Origin: a virus
Lineage: Duplodnaviria > Heunggongvirae > Uroviricota > Caudoviricetes
Reading direction: 5' to 3' (one strand)
Length of the DNA stretch: 36,215 bases
Virus record (IMG/VR): IMGVR_UViG_2579779009_000001
Coordinates: 1 to 36,215 of that record
Made by a program: the position numbers and the translations under genes. Below the pieces are notes generated by a model. That model ran no database searches. It saw nothing but the letters and a program-made list of their open reading frames with translations, and was not told the origin of the DNA. Below, piece after piece: positions 1 through 8,099 of this stretch. Numbering within the stretch: the stretch's first letter is position 1; the number at the start of each line of letters is the position of its first letter.

Positions 1-1254
1 ATGCTGGAACAAATGGGCATTGCCGCGAAGCAAGCCTCGTATAAATTAGCGCAACTCTCCAGCCGCGAAAAAAATCGCGTGCTGGAAAAAATCGCCGATG
101 AACTGGAAGCACAAAGCGAAATCATCCTCAACGCTAACGCCCAGGATGTTGCTGACGCGCGTGCCAATGGCCTTGGCGAAGCGATGCTTGACCGTCTGGC
201 ACTGACGCCCGCACGGCTGAAAGGCATTGCCGATGATGTGCGCCAGGTGTGTAACCTCGCCGATCCGGTGGGGCAGGTAATCGATGGCAGCGTACTGGAC
301 AGCGGCCTGCGTCTTGAGCGTCGTCGCGTACCGCTGGGGGTTATTGGCGTGATTTATGAAGCGCGCCCGAACGTGACGGTTGATGTCGCTTCGCTGTGCC
401 TGAAAACCGGTAATGCGGTGATCCTGCGCGGTGGCAAAGAAACGTGTCGCACTAACGCTGCAACGGTGGCGGTGATTCAGGACGCCCTGAAATCCTGCGG
501 CTTACCGGCGGGTGCCGTGCAGGCGATTGATAATCCTGACCGTGCGCTGGTCAGTGAAATGCTGCGTATGGATAAATACATCGACATGCTGATCCCGCGT
601 GGTGGCGCTGGTTTGCATAAACTGTGCCGTGAACAGTCGACAATCCCGGTGATCACAGGTGGTATAGGCGTATGCCATATTTACGTTGATGAAAGTGTAG
701 AGATCGCTGAAGCATTAAAAGTGATCGTCAACGCGAAAACTCAGCGTCCGAGCACATGTAATACGGTTGAAACGTTGCTGGTGAATAAAAACATCGCCGA
801 TAGCTTCCTGCCCGCATTAAGCAAACAAATGGCGGAAAGCGGCGTGACATTACACGCAGATGCAGCTGCACTGGCGCAGTTGCAGGCAGGCCCTGCGAAG
901 GTGGTTGCTGTTAAAGCCGAAGAGTATGACGATGAGTTTCTGTCATTAGATTTGAACGTCAAAATCGTCAGCGATCTTGACGATGCCATCGCCCATATTC
1001 GTGAACACGGCACACAACACTCCGATGCGATCCTGACCCGCGATATGCGCAACGCCCAGCGTTTTGTTAACGAAGTGGATTCGTCCGCTGTTTACGTTAA
1101 CGCCTCTACGCGTTTTACCGACGGCGGCCAGTTTGGTCTGGGTGCGGAAGTGGCGGTAAGCACACAAAAACTCCACGCGCGTGGCCCAATGGGGCTGGAA
1201 GCACTGACCACTTACAAGTGGATCGGCATTGGTGATTACACCATTCGTGCGTAA
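1..1254 (+). CDS. proA: gamma-glutamyl phosphate reductase (complete, 417 aa)
   Basis: Full-length ORF whose translation ([41 protein letters not shown]...) I recognise as E. coli-type ProA; sits immediately upstream of thrW as in Enterobacteriaceae. Confidence 0.95.
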   Translation: MLEQMGIAAKQASYKLAQLSSREKNRVLEKIADELEAQSEIILNANAQDVADARANGLGEAMLDRLALTPARLKGIADDVRQVCNLADPVGQVIDGSVLDSGLRLERRRVPLGVIGVIYEARPNVTVDVASLCLKTGNAVILRGGKETCRTNAATVAVIQDALKSCGLPAGAVQAIDNPDRALVSEMLRMDKYIDMLIPRGGAGLHKLCREQSTIPVITGGIGVCHIYVDESVEIAEALKVIVNAKTQRPSTCNTVETLLVNKNIADSFLPALSKQMAESGVTLHADAAALAQLQAGPAKVVAVKAEEYDDEFLSLDLNVKIVSDLDDAIAHIREHGTQHSDAILTRDMRNAQRFVNEVDSSAVYVNASTRFTDGGQFGLGAEVAVSTQKLHARGPMGLEALTTYKWIGIGDYTIRA

Positions 1255-1368
1255 ATAAAACCGGGTGATGCAAAAGTAGCCATTTGATTCACAAGGCCAT
1301 TGACGCATCGCCCGGTTAGTTTTAACCTTGTCCACCGTGATTCACGTTCGTGAACATGTCCTTTCAGG

Positions 1369-1444
1369 GCCGATATAGCTCAGTTGGTAGAGCAGCGCAT
1401 TCGTAATGCGAAGGTCGTAGGTTCGACTCCTATTATCGGCACCA
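1369..1444 (+). tRNA. thrW: tRNA-Thr (anticodon CGU)
   Basis: 76-nt GCCGATATAGCTCAGTTGGTAGAGCAGCGCATTCGTAATGCGAAGGTCGTAGGTTCGACTCCTATTATCGGCACCA with cloverleaf arms, anticodon loop tCGTaa and 3' CCA; proA-thrW synteny. Confidence 0.92.
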
Positions 1445-1458
1445 TTTAAATCAATAAG

Positions 1459-2622
1459 TTACACATCATTAGTACCTTCCTTATTTTTTGACTGGGACAA
1501 ATTTGGGACCGATGGGTTCAGGATCGAGTCTATTTGCCGTGCGTGTTCGGTAAGGTGATTAGGTGCAAGGTGAGCATATCGACGAACCATTTCGATAGAC
1601 TCCCAGCCTCCCATTTCCTGTAACACTGACAACGGGACTCCGGCTTGAACCAGCCAACTTGCCCAGGTGTGTCTCAAGTCGTGAAATCTGAAATCATCAA
1701 TACCAGCCCGTCTCAGCGCCGCTTTCCAGGCTGTGTTTGCGTCATACCGCATCTTCCTTACTGTTGGCGCTTTCGTTCCGTCTGGTTTGGTACAGCTTTC
1801 CTTGTACACAAATACCCAACGGTGATGATTCCCGATTTGTTTTTTCAAAACGCGACATGCAGTATCATTCAGCGCAACGCCGATTGCGCGGTTTGATTTA
1901 CTCTCTTCCGGGTTTATCCATGCCACCCGGCGCTGCATATCTATTTGTTGCCATTCAAGGTTGATGATGTTCGAGCGTCTTAAGCCTGTTGCCAGTGCAA
2001 ATTCAACAACAGACTTTAATGGCTCCGGACATTCATCAATCAGCCTTTGTGCTTCATGGGGCTCCAGCCAGCGGATCCGTTTATTCTTTGGTTGAGGCAC
2101 TTTAATAATTGGTGCCTTATCCAGCATTTTCCATTCACGCTCTGCGGCTCTTAGTAGGGCCTTTATAAATGAAAGATGCGTAGCCTTCGTTGCAACGGAC
2201 GCTGGTTTTGGCGTGTATTCTGGAACAGGTTTCCCTTTTTTTCTGCATGCTTCTGCCCTGAGTTTCCAGTTTTCCTCATGACGCCGGTTCGTCATTTTCT
2301 GCATTGCTGAATAAATTTTTGATTCAGTAATGTCTCTTAGTTGCATTCCTGCGAAATGTTGAAGCCAGAATCCGATCCGGCTTTTGTCATCGTCCAGTGA
2401 TTTTTTATATGCTTTCTCTTCAAGCCACCTGACACACGCTTCCTCGAACGTTATATCAGGTATTTCACCAAGTTTGCTGACCCGCCATGCTTCAGCCTTT
2501 AGCTTGTCATGGAGTTCTGTCGCCTGCCTTTTGTCCTTTGTTCCAAGAGACTGTTTAAATCTTTTACCGTTCGGCAATGTGAAACTGGCGTACCATATTT
2601 CACCTCTGCGGAAGAGTGACAT
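1459..2622 (-). CDS. int: Tyrosine-recombinase integrase, P22-type
   Basis: 387-aa ORF convergent on the tRNA; N-terminus [46 protein letters not shown] and C-terminal [10 protein letters not shown]...VRRYAHL catalytic region are typical of P22-like Int, whose attB is in thrW. Confidence 0.92.
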   Translation of the reverse strand: MSLFRRGEIWYASFTLPNGKRFKQSLGTKDKRQATELHDKLKAEAWRVSKLGEIPDITFEEACVRWLEEKAYKKSLDDDKSRIGFWLQHFAGMQLRDITESKIYSAMQKMTNRRHEENWKLRAEACRKKGKPVPEYTPKPASVATKATHLSFIKALLRAAEREWKMLDKAPIIKVPQPKNKRIRWLEPHEAQRLIDECPEPLKSVVEFALATGLRRSNIINLEWQQIDMQRRVAWINPEESKSNRAIGVALNDTACRVLKKQIGNHHRWVFVYKESCTKPDGTKAPTVRKMRYDANTAWKAALRRAGIDDFRFHDLRHTWASWLVQAGVPLSVLQEMGGWESIEMVRRYAHLAPNHLTEHARQIDSILNPSVPNLSQSKNKEGTNDV

Positions 2623-2849
2623 TTTCTTTCCTCTGTTATGCCATCACCCGCGCTCACCTGGACAGTATGCAGCGGAGACTGAAGAGCCGCAATGCAGGCT
2701 TGTCGTGTTGTGAGGTAAGGAGATTTATTCTTAGTGGGATCTTTGCGTGTTGCCTGAAGACGCCCTGTGCGTATCCAGTTAATGGCAGTCGGTCTGGATA
2801 TCTTGAGAAAATGACAGGCCTCATCGAGTGTGAGGCTGTATGGCTCCAT
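2499..2849 (-). CDS. xis: Excisionase (Xis-like)
   Basis: Internal start [31 protein letters not shown] preceded by GAGGTGA; 116 aa; HTH-like N-terminus; 3' end overlaps the int start as in P22/lambda. The longer track ORF (from 2933) is rejected as an upstream extension. Confidence 0.55.
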   Translation of the reverse strand: MEPYSLTLDEACHFLKISRPTAINWIRTGRLQATRKDPTKNKSPYLTTRQACIAALQSPLHTVQVSAGDGITEERKCHSSAEVKYGTPVSHCRTVKDLNSLLEQRTKGRRQNSMTS

Positions 2850-3154
2850 TATTTCACCTCTTGCTGTGACATTGTTGAAAAATGGATACCAGCTCGTTGC
2901 TGCCAGACGATCCAACCGAGAGTCATATCCCATGCCATGTATTCGTTATCGCCGTTTTTTGCTCTCCGACGATCTACTAAGTCATCGAAACGCTTTTCCA
3001 TGAATAATTCATAAGCTTCGCGTTCATCTGGTTCTACTTCCAGAGATAGGAGTGCGATTTCATAAGCACGGCGCTCAATATCGTCTCGCACGTCAAGGCT
3101 GCTGATACGCTCTTTAATTTCTTTAATCAGTTCTTTGTCGGTAAAAGTGGTCAT
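2849..3154 (-). CDS. Hypothetical early-left phage protein (YfdT-like by position and length, 101 aa)
   Basis: ORF in the leftward operon; its stop overlaps the xis start (TAATG); acidic/helical composition. Confidence 0.55.
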   Translation of the reverse strand: MTTFTDKELIKEIKERISSLDVRDDIERRAYEIALLSLEVEPDEREAYELFMEKRFDDLVDRRRAKNGDNEYMAWDMTLGWIVWQQRAGIHFSTMSQQEVK

Positions 3155-3516
3155 TATGCTCCAGCCTCCGGTGCTTTTGGCATTACTGCCCAGTGAGTGA
3201 TATTGACGTTTTCAAGGTCCCCGACCTGAAATGTCCACTGCCATTCTCCGGTTTCTTTTTGTCCCCAGGTGTACCAGAGAGAACGCCAGCCAATTAGCCA
3301 GCCTTCTCCGTTAGCATCGAATAACAAAACACTTTCATTTGCTGGTGGCAGTTCAGTTGACACTGGTATTACTTTGTTTTCCTGTGCTGCACATTTAGCT
3401 TCAAGCGCATCGAATTTACGCACCAGGTATTCAGCATCTGTTTCATTTACTTTCAGATCTCGCGGTACACATCTCCCACGAAGAAACCCTTCCATTTCGA
3501 AAACATTCATGCGCAT
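3154..3516 (-). CDS. Hypothetical Trp-rich phage protein (YfdS-like by position, 120 aa)
   Basis: ORF in the leftward operon, overlapping the stop of the upstream gene; Trp-rich C-terminal half (GWLIGWRSLWYTWGQKETGEWQW). Confidence 0.55.
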   Translation of the reverse strand: MRMNVFEMEGFLRGRCVPRDLKVNETDAEYLVRKFDALEAKCAAQENKVIPVSTELPPANESVLLFDANGEGWLIGWRSLWYTWGQKETGEWQWTFQVGDLENVNITHWAVMPKAPEAGA

Positions 3517-4043
3517 TTGCGTAACTCCGATAACTCGTTAAAGCGTTCCATAAACATCCCGTAGGCATGGCCCGGTGCCAGTGGAATCACGTTGAACATC
3601 TCTGTTGCCGGGATACCTTCCAGTACAGGCCAGAAAGAGCCATCATCAAGCCCGAGATCGCGGCGTTCGGTTGCCAGCATGATGAGATCGGCATATTTCA
3701 CGGGCGTACTCATAACTGGGGGTAACCCGTATTTCTCACGGATTACGGCGTCTATTTTTTCTTCCATTTGTTTATAGTCAGGAAGAAGGCGTTTCAGTGG
3801 TGCGGGAATGTCCTGGCAATACGCTTCTGTTGCATCATGCATTAACGCTTCAAAAGCAAATTCCTGCGGCACCAGCTGGCTGCAAAGAACCGCATGTTGG
3901 GCGACGCTGTAGAAGTGCGAAAGATGACCGGCAAAGCGACAGATATTTGAAAGGGAAACCGCGATATCGTTAATATCGATGTCGTCTTTATTTATCCTGT
4001 CATAATAAAAATGCTTCCCGGAAAAAGTTTTAATAAATGACAT
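3507..4043 (-). CDS. HD-domain phosphohydrolase (YfdR-like, 178 aa)
   Basis: Start chosen at MSFIKTF (GGAG 6 nt upstream); H..HD metal-binding motif (HAVLCSQ...HDATEAY); length and position match the CPS-53 yfdR-type gene. Confidence 0.75.
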   Translation of the reverse strand: MSFIKTFSGKHFYYDRINKDDIDINDIAVSLSNICRFAGHLSHFYSVAQHAVLCSQLVPQEFAFEALMHDATEAYCQDIPAPLKRLLPDYKQMEEKIDAVIREKYGLPPVMSTPVKYADLIMLATERRDLGLDDGSFWPVLEGIPATEMFNVIPLAPGHAYGMFMERFNELSELRKCA

Positions 4044-4170
4044 TTTGTTCTCCACGTATATGCGCTGCACCGCGCTGAATTCTGGTAAAAAGAATCCCTC
4101 ACCATCCGGCGATTATTGAGTAAATTACGTTTCCATAAATGCCCCCGCAGGGGCATTTGCAGTAATGAAA

Positions 4171-4995
4171 TCAGGCGGTGAAAGTACCAATAAAGGTTTC
4201 TACTTTGCTGTCCTTGAATTTCTCAACAAGCAGATCACGAAATTCGTTAGCCATTTCTTCCTGCACCGCCTCCAGCTGAATAATGCGCAGAACCAGTACA
4301 GGACGATCGCCAGTGATAATACTGAGGCGTAATTTAAACGGACGTTCTTTCAGACCTTCAAACGGAACGCATTTAAATTCAAATGCCACTGGCATAATGT
4401 CTTTGGTCTTCGCTTCGACAGACTCCATCAGGGAGCGTTTGCCGCTGAAGTCATTATCTTCAAAATCAGCGGTCTGGTTTGCTTCAATCGTGATTTTACG
4501 GACAGCCGCAGCCGCTTTTGTTGCCTGAATAGCGTCACCATTAGCATCAAAGCCCACAAGATAGTCGGCCCAGTCTTCAATCCATTCTGCCAGTGACTTC
4601 TGGGAGTTACGCTCGCCGTTAACAGACAACAGAGCAGAGAACGGTGCTGTCTTTTTCAGTTTGAGTGTGGCGGTGTTATCTGCGTGACCTGGTTCATCAA
4701 TAGTACCCAGGTTAAGCACACTGACAGCACGCATATTATCAGCATCGATAAAGCAGCGGGTGCCTTCATCTGCAAGATCTTTAGAATAACGGGTAAAGTC
4801 ATCGATGCTGGCAGTGGAAAGCGCACCACGGAAACGGAAGCGATTTAAATTAAATTTTTCCAGATCATGAATGCGGAAATTCTCAGGCAATGCCACAGCA
4901 TCGGCACCAATCTTACTGATAATTTCATTAACACCCTGAGCAGAAATAAGGGCATGGATTTGATTAATTGCGGTTGCGTCTAAGTTCTGAGACAT
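4171..4995 (-). CDS. DUF2303/YfdQ-like phage protein (274 aa)
   Basis: ORF with GAGGA RBS; N-terminus [16 protein letters not shown] and length match my recollection of E. coli CPS-53 YfdQ. Confidence 0.7.
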   Translation of the reverse strand: MSQNLDATAINQIHALISAQGVNEIISKIGADAVALPENFRIHDLEKFNLNRFRFRGALSTASIDDFTRYSKDLADEGTRCFIDADNMRAVSVLNLGTIDEPGHADNTATLKLKKTAPFSALLSVNGERNSQKSLAEWIEDWADYLVGFDANGDAIQATKAAAAVRKITIEANQTADFEDNDFSGKRSLMESVEAKTKDIMPVAFEFKCVPFEGLKERPFKLRLSIITGDRPVLVLRIIQLEAVQEEMANEFRDLLVEKFKDSKVETFIGTFTA

Positions 4996-5060
4996 AATAA
5001 GTCCTCACTATATTAAGATATTCAGTGATGAGATAAATAATCAGTTAATTAAGAACGATA

Positions 5061-5423
5061 TTAATGACCTGCTGCGCGGAGTTTTCCGTCAGGTTCACCG
5101 GCAAGAGTCAGTAATTGTCCCTGGTCTTCCTGCAGAATAGTCAGGCGACCACCGCGATTGACATACATCGGCGTTTCGGTAGTGTCTTCTTCGGAAATTT
5201 TCCCGCGGTTAGTTGGGCGAACATATGAGAGTTTGTGTTTGATTTTCACACGGTTCTCATCAAATGGTTCAATTTCTAGGTTGAGCGAGACCTTACCTTT
5301 GGTTTTCGTGTTCATCACACCGGAAGCGACTTCACTGAGAACTGCGCCGATTTTGGTTTCAAATACGCCGCCGTCCAGCTCCCCGATAAATGCCTGCACA
5401 TCAGTACTGCGTTCGCTAGCCAT
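5061..5423 (-). CDS. Hypothetical early-left phage protein (YfdP-like by position, 120 aa)
   Basis: Start at internal ATG (MASERSTDVQAF...) with AGGAGC RBS; the upstream 106 codons of the track ORF are R/P/C-rich and lie in a structured non-coding region. Confidence 0.65.
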   Translation of the reverse strand: MASERSTDVQAFIGELDGGVFETKIGAVLSEVASGVMNTKTKGKVSLNLEIEPFDENRVKIKHKLSYVRPTNRGKISEEDTTETPMYVNRGGRLTILQEDQGQLLTLAGEPDGKLRAAGH

Positions 5424-5471
5424 TTTGCTGCTCCTCATCATATCGACCCTGCAAGGCCGATTAGTTTCTCC

Positions 5472-5560
5472 ACAAAACAGAGAAGAACACCTGCGGTGGC
5501 AGCCGCCCGGATGGATTGGGTTATGAGCCCGTCGTCCGGTGATGCTCTTCTCTGTTTTGT
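5472..5560. repeat. Long inverted repeat (15-bp perfect arms ACAAAACAGAGAAGA / TCTTCTCTGTTTTGT, ~55-nt GC-rich loop) inside an ORF-poor structured region (~5430-5760)
   Basis: Arms at 5472-5486 and 5546-5560 read directly; further hairpins downstream, e.g. GCCTGG-cgaaggttgcaca-CCAGGC (~5653-5677); no U-tract follows on either strand. Confidence 0.6.
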
Positions 5561-5860
5561 AAAAAGGACGGTACCAGCCGGAAGCAAGGGTACAAACTGG
5601 TACCGCCAGGACTACACACAGCATAAAGTTGTGGTGCCGGGTGCCTCCCGGTGCCTGGCGAAGGTTGCACACCAGGCGGGTGGGTATCCACAGAAGGTCG
5701 ACTGTCAGCCTCAACCTTAACCCGCGTGCGCTGAGCCGCATTCACCACAACGCTAAGGATTCTCTCTGGTTGAAAATACTTAGCTGTTATGTGCCTGTCT
5801 TTTCACCACTTCAGGCTCGGTGGTATCCTTTTAAGCCCGTATACATAAAAGGAAAATCAA

Positions 5861-6106
5861 ATGACTTTTGATGAAAAAGAACTTGATAATGCAATTAATA
5901 AAATCATCGTAACGTCGCTCTTTTCCTGTCTCAGCGACACTCAGCAGAAACAGTTCTACGAATCGGCTTTCAACATGATCGAGCGTTGTTGTTTCTGCGA
6001 TGCCGACGAGTTACCTGAAAAAATCAGGAAACAGTTGGCTGATGCTCTTCGAGTGCGACTTTCTGACCAATTTTCTGAAATGTGCTCTCCGAATTTGGAC
6101 AAATAG
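5861..6106 (+). CDS. Hypothetical small protein (81 aa), transcribed opposite to the early-left operon
   Basis: AAGGA RBS 7 nt upstream of ATG; protein-like composition (MTFDEKELDNAINKIIV...); 3' end overlaps the convergent minus-strand ORF 6024..6299. Confidence 0.5.
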   Translation: MTFDEKELDNAINKIIVTSLFSCLSDTQQKQFYESAFNMIERCCFCDADELPEKIRKQLADALRVRLSDQFSEMCSPNLDK

Positions 6107-6299
6107 AAAAAGGCCATTTCCATTCAGGGTCTGATGGAAATACTTCAGCCTGTTCCAAAGCACGGCGTAAAGAGAATACAACTCCAGCCATAATCTGATG
6201 TTTCCCATTGGTCCAGCTATCGCCGCTCTGATCTACAGGAGCGGCTATGTCGTATGACCAAACGATTTCACCACTATTGTTTAAAATCTGGACTTTCAT
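6024..6299 (-). CDS. Hypothetical small protein (91 aa), early-left operon
   Basis: ORF directly downstream of the ClpX-ZBD-like gene on the same strand; GGAGG upstream; 3' end overlaps the plus-strand ORF, so the true extent is uncertain. Confidence 0.45.
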   Translation of the reverse strand: MKVQILNNSGEIVWSYDIAAPVDQSGDSWTNGKHQIMAGVVFSLRRALEQAEVFPSDPEWKWPFSICPNSESTFQKIGQKVALEEHQPTVS

Positions 6300-6307
6300 T
6301 TTGTTCT

Positions 6308-6511
6308 TTAACCTCCAGATTTCCGCGCATCTAAAGGCGCATTCTCATTTGGTGTGAACTGAATAGTTGTGCTGATATTGATTAATGCTCCGACACACAA
6401 GACTACGCACTCAGAGCAGATAGCAACTTCATCTTTTCCGCCTTTGGAGATGATTTTTTTTGCCTGCAGCTCGTTTGCGCCACAAAACGAGCATGTGAAA
6501 TAACGGTTCAT
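6308..6511 (-). CDS. Standalone ClpX-type C4 zinc-finger (ZBD-like) mini-protein (~67 aa; alternative start 6529)
   Basis: TCSFCG...KKII...ICSECVVLC aligns with the ClpX N-terminal zinc-binding domain ([31 protein letters not shown]); first gene of the leftward operon after the OL-like operator. Confidence 0.65.
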   Translation of the reverse strand: MNRYFTCSFCGANELQAKKIISKGGKDEVAICSECVVLCVGALINISTTIQFTPNENAPLDARKSGG

Positions 6512-6615
6512 TTGCGCTCTCTTACACATAGTATTTAACGAATCATCCGGTCATTCATACGCCACCGGCGGCTACTTCGTGGGCGTCCTGCCTGTCCGTG
6601 ATAGCTTACATTATG

Positions 6616-6665
6616 TTGCTACTTAAAGTAGCAAAAATCAACAACAAAAAGTAGATATTTGTTGT
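6616..6665. promoter_or_regulatory. OL-like operator region (candidate PL): 19-bp perfect palindrome TTGCTACTTAAAGTAGCAA plus adjacent inverted repeat AACAACAAA...TTTGTTGTT
   Basis: The palindrome half-site CTACTTAAAGTAG recurs twice in the cI-cro intergenic region; lies between the ParA-like gene terminator and the first early-left gene. Confidence 0.6.
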
Positions 6666-6824
6666 TGTCTATGATTTTTCTATAATTAATTGAAAGTTAA
6701 ATGTTTTTGCTGATTTACTATGCTGTAAACTGAAAATATCGCACGAAGTTGGAGTAGGTATTGAGCATAGTGAATTATGAGGAGGGAGTTTTTTATGAGA
6801 TTAATCAGGGAGAAAGAAGAGTAA

Positions 6825-6846
6825 AGCCCGGTTATGCGGCCGGGCA
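6825..6846 (-). terminator. Hairpin terminator downstream of the ParA-like gene
   Basis: GC stem GCCCGG-(ttatgc)-CCGGGC just after the stop at 6853; on the minus strand it is followed by TTTACTCTTCTTTC (U/C-rich, not a pure U-tract). Confidence 0.5.
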
Positions 6847-6852
6847 CATGCA

Positions 6853-7929
6853 TTACTTTGTAAGTTCTAGAACTCGTTGAGCCAGCCCTTTAAATTGTTC
6901 GTTAAAGGCGTCTCTGCTTGATTTCATTGTATTTAAGGCATGCCCAAATTGCCCTGAATCGCGAATTTGCTGATCACTGATGGAGAAAACAGGTGTCGCT
7001 AGTTGTTGGCTTATTGCGATTAATGAGTTGAAATCGGAAATATGCGCAAGATCATAGGCTGATAAATCTCCACTGACTGTTGTTTTGTTAATTGCATGTT
7101 GCACTTTATCTCGTGGAATTATGCAGGTAATTTTTTCTAGATTTGGCACTAAGATCGAATCAACAGCATCACGGATAGCTGCCATCCATTTTTCGAAAGA
7201 TTTTACAGGTGCTCCTTTACGCGGCCTGTATCTCTGCTGAATCATACCTAGAAACTGCGGTGCATTTTTAATTGATTGTGAAGAGTTACCATCATTATTT
7301 TCTTTAAATAATGCTAATTCTTTGTGCCAGCGAGGTATATTTTTTGAGAGAGAGCGAATTGCTTGCCAGCAAAAAAAGTCTGGAGCTACAGGTACGATAA
7401 AATAGTCACTTGACATGAGAACTACTTCATTTAAACCTCCAACATTAGGGCTGAGATCATAAAGAATGTAATCAATATTATTCTTCAAGGCGATTAGCTG
7501 TAATATTTTTGGCAGGTTCCCTGGTATATTTCTTGTAGCAGGAATACCAGCAGCAATTTTTAGAGAAACACTTATCTGTGAATCTAAGTCCGAAACATCT
7601 AAATGTCCGGGAAGAAGCAGAAGGTTTTCATGCAGTGTAGGGTGTAATTTTCCCGTTTCTTTTTCAAGGTATGCTTCAGGTTGTCCGCCATTAATCAAAT
7701 ATTCTACAATAGGTCCAAGAGTTAAGTTATCTCTGCTAGAATAAAAAGAATCTAAACCCTCATCAATCTTTTCATAGCCAAGAACCATTCCTGTTAGATT
7801 ACATTGCGAATCAAGGTCAACCATCAATACTTTCTTGCCTTCATCCGCAAGTGCCCATCCAAGATTGAAGGTTGTTGTGGTTTTACTTACCCCACCTTTA
7901 TGATTAAAAAAACAAATTGATTTTGTCAT
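6853..7929 (-). CDS. ParA/MinD-family P-loop ATPase (358 aa) with extended C-terminal region; lone gene between OL and cI
   Basis: Deviant Walker A at residues 10-17 (NHKGGVSKTTTTFNLGWALADEGKKVLMVDLDSQ), Walker B-like YILYDLSP; AAGGA RBS; AT-rich by eye; same strand as and downstream of cI. No adjacent ParB-like gene. Confidence 0.8.
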   Translation of the reverse strand: MTKSICFFNHKGGVSKTTTTFNLGWALADEGKKVLMVDLDSQCNLTGMVLGYEKIDEGLDSFYSSRDNLTLGPIVEYLINGGQPEAYLEKETGKLHPTLHENLLLLPGHLDVSDLDSQISVSLKIAAGIPATRNIPGNLPKILQLIALKNNIDYILYDLSPNVGGLNEVVLMSSDYFIVPVAPDFFCWQAIRSLSKNIPRWHKELALFKENNDGNSSQSIKNAPQFLGMIQQRYRPRKGAPVKSFEKWMAAIRDAVDSILVPNLEKITCIIPRDKVQHAINKTTVSGDLSAYDLAHISDFNSLIAISQQLATPVFSISDQQIRDSGQFGHALNTMKSSRDAFNEQFKGLAQRVLELTK

Positions 7930-8099
7930 GTTTCTCTATCCTTTCGACCCCCAGCATATTGTAATTTACGCTGGGTAATTATTTTATATTGTTAATGATA
8001 ATGTTTAATAAAAATAAGAGAGTAAAACAACTATTAGTAATAGCACTTGCTTGCTAAATATTATTTTTTTACCTTTAGTTCTATAGTCTAAACGAAGAA

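Noticed and set aside
741-1335. Minus-strand ORFs 741..1052 and 946..1335 overlapping proA
   Set aside because: They lie antisense within the well-supported proA coding sequence and have low-complexity, Cys/Ser/Arg-biased translations; antisense artefacts of a GC-rich gene.
2499-2933. Longer 144-aa version of the xis ORF starting at 2933
   Set aside because: The first 28 codons overlap the upstream gene; the internal ATG at 2849 has a good RBS and gives a 116-aa product matching the expected excisionase size.
1645-3014. Plus-strand ORFs 1645..1896, 1737..1964, 2384..2713 and 2616..3014 overlapping int/xis
   Set aside because: Antisense to the strongly supported integrase and excisionase genes; no RBS and odd composition.
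5061-5741. 226-aa extended version of the yfdP-like ORF
   Set aside because: The N-terminal 106 codons are R/P/C-rich and lie in the structured non-coding region; an internal ATG at 5423 has a good RBS (AGGAGC).
5430-5760. Retron (msr/msd) or CRISPR interpretation of the structured region
   Set aside because: No reverse transcriptase gene adjacent, no regularly spaced direct repeats with spacers; only inverted repeats.
5496-5871. ORFs 5496..5720 (+), 5521..5748 (-), 5629..5871 (+) as protein-coding genes
   Set aside because: Arg/Pro/Gly/Cys-rich translations, no RBS, mutually overlapping in a GC-rich hairpin-dense stretch; better explained as structured non-coding sequence.
6795-6846. Plus-strand 9-codon mini-ORF (ATG aga tta atc agg gag aaa gaa gag TAA) with strong GAGGAGGG RBS, followed by a GC hairpin
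   Set aside because: Too short to assess; the hairpin is better explained as the terminator of the convergent ParA-like gene. Noted only as a possible leader-peptide-like element.
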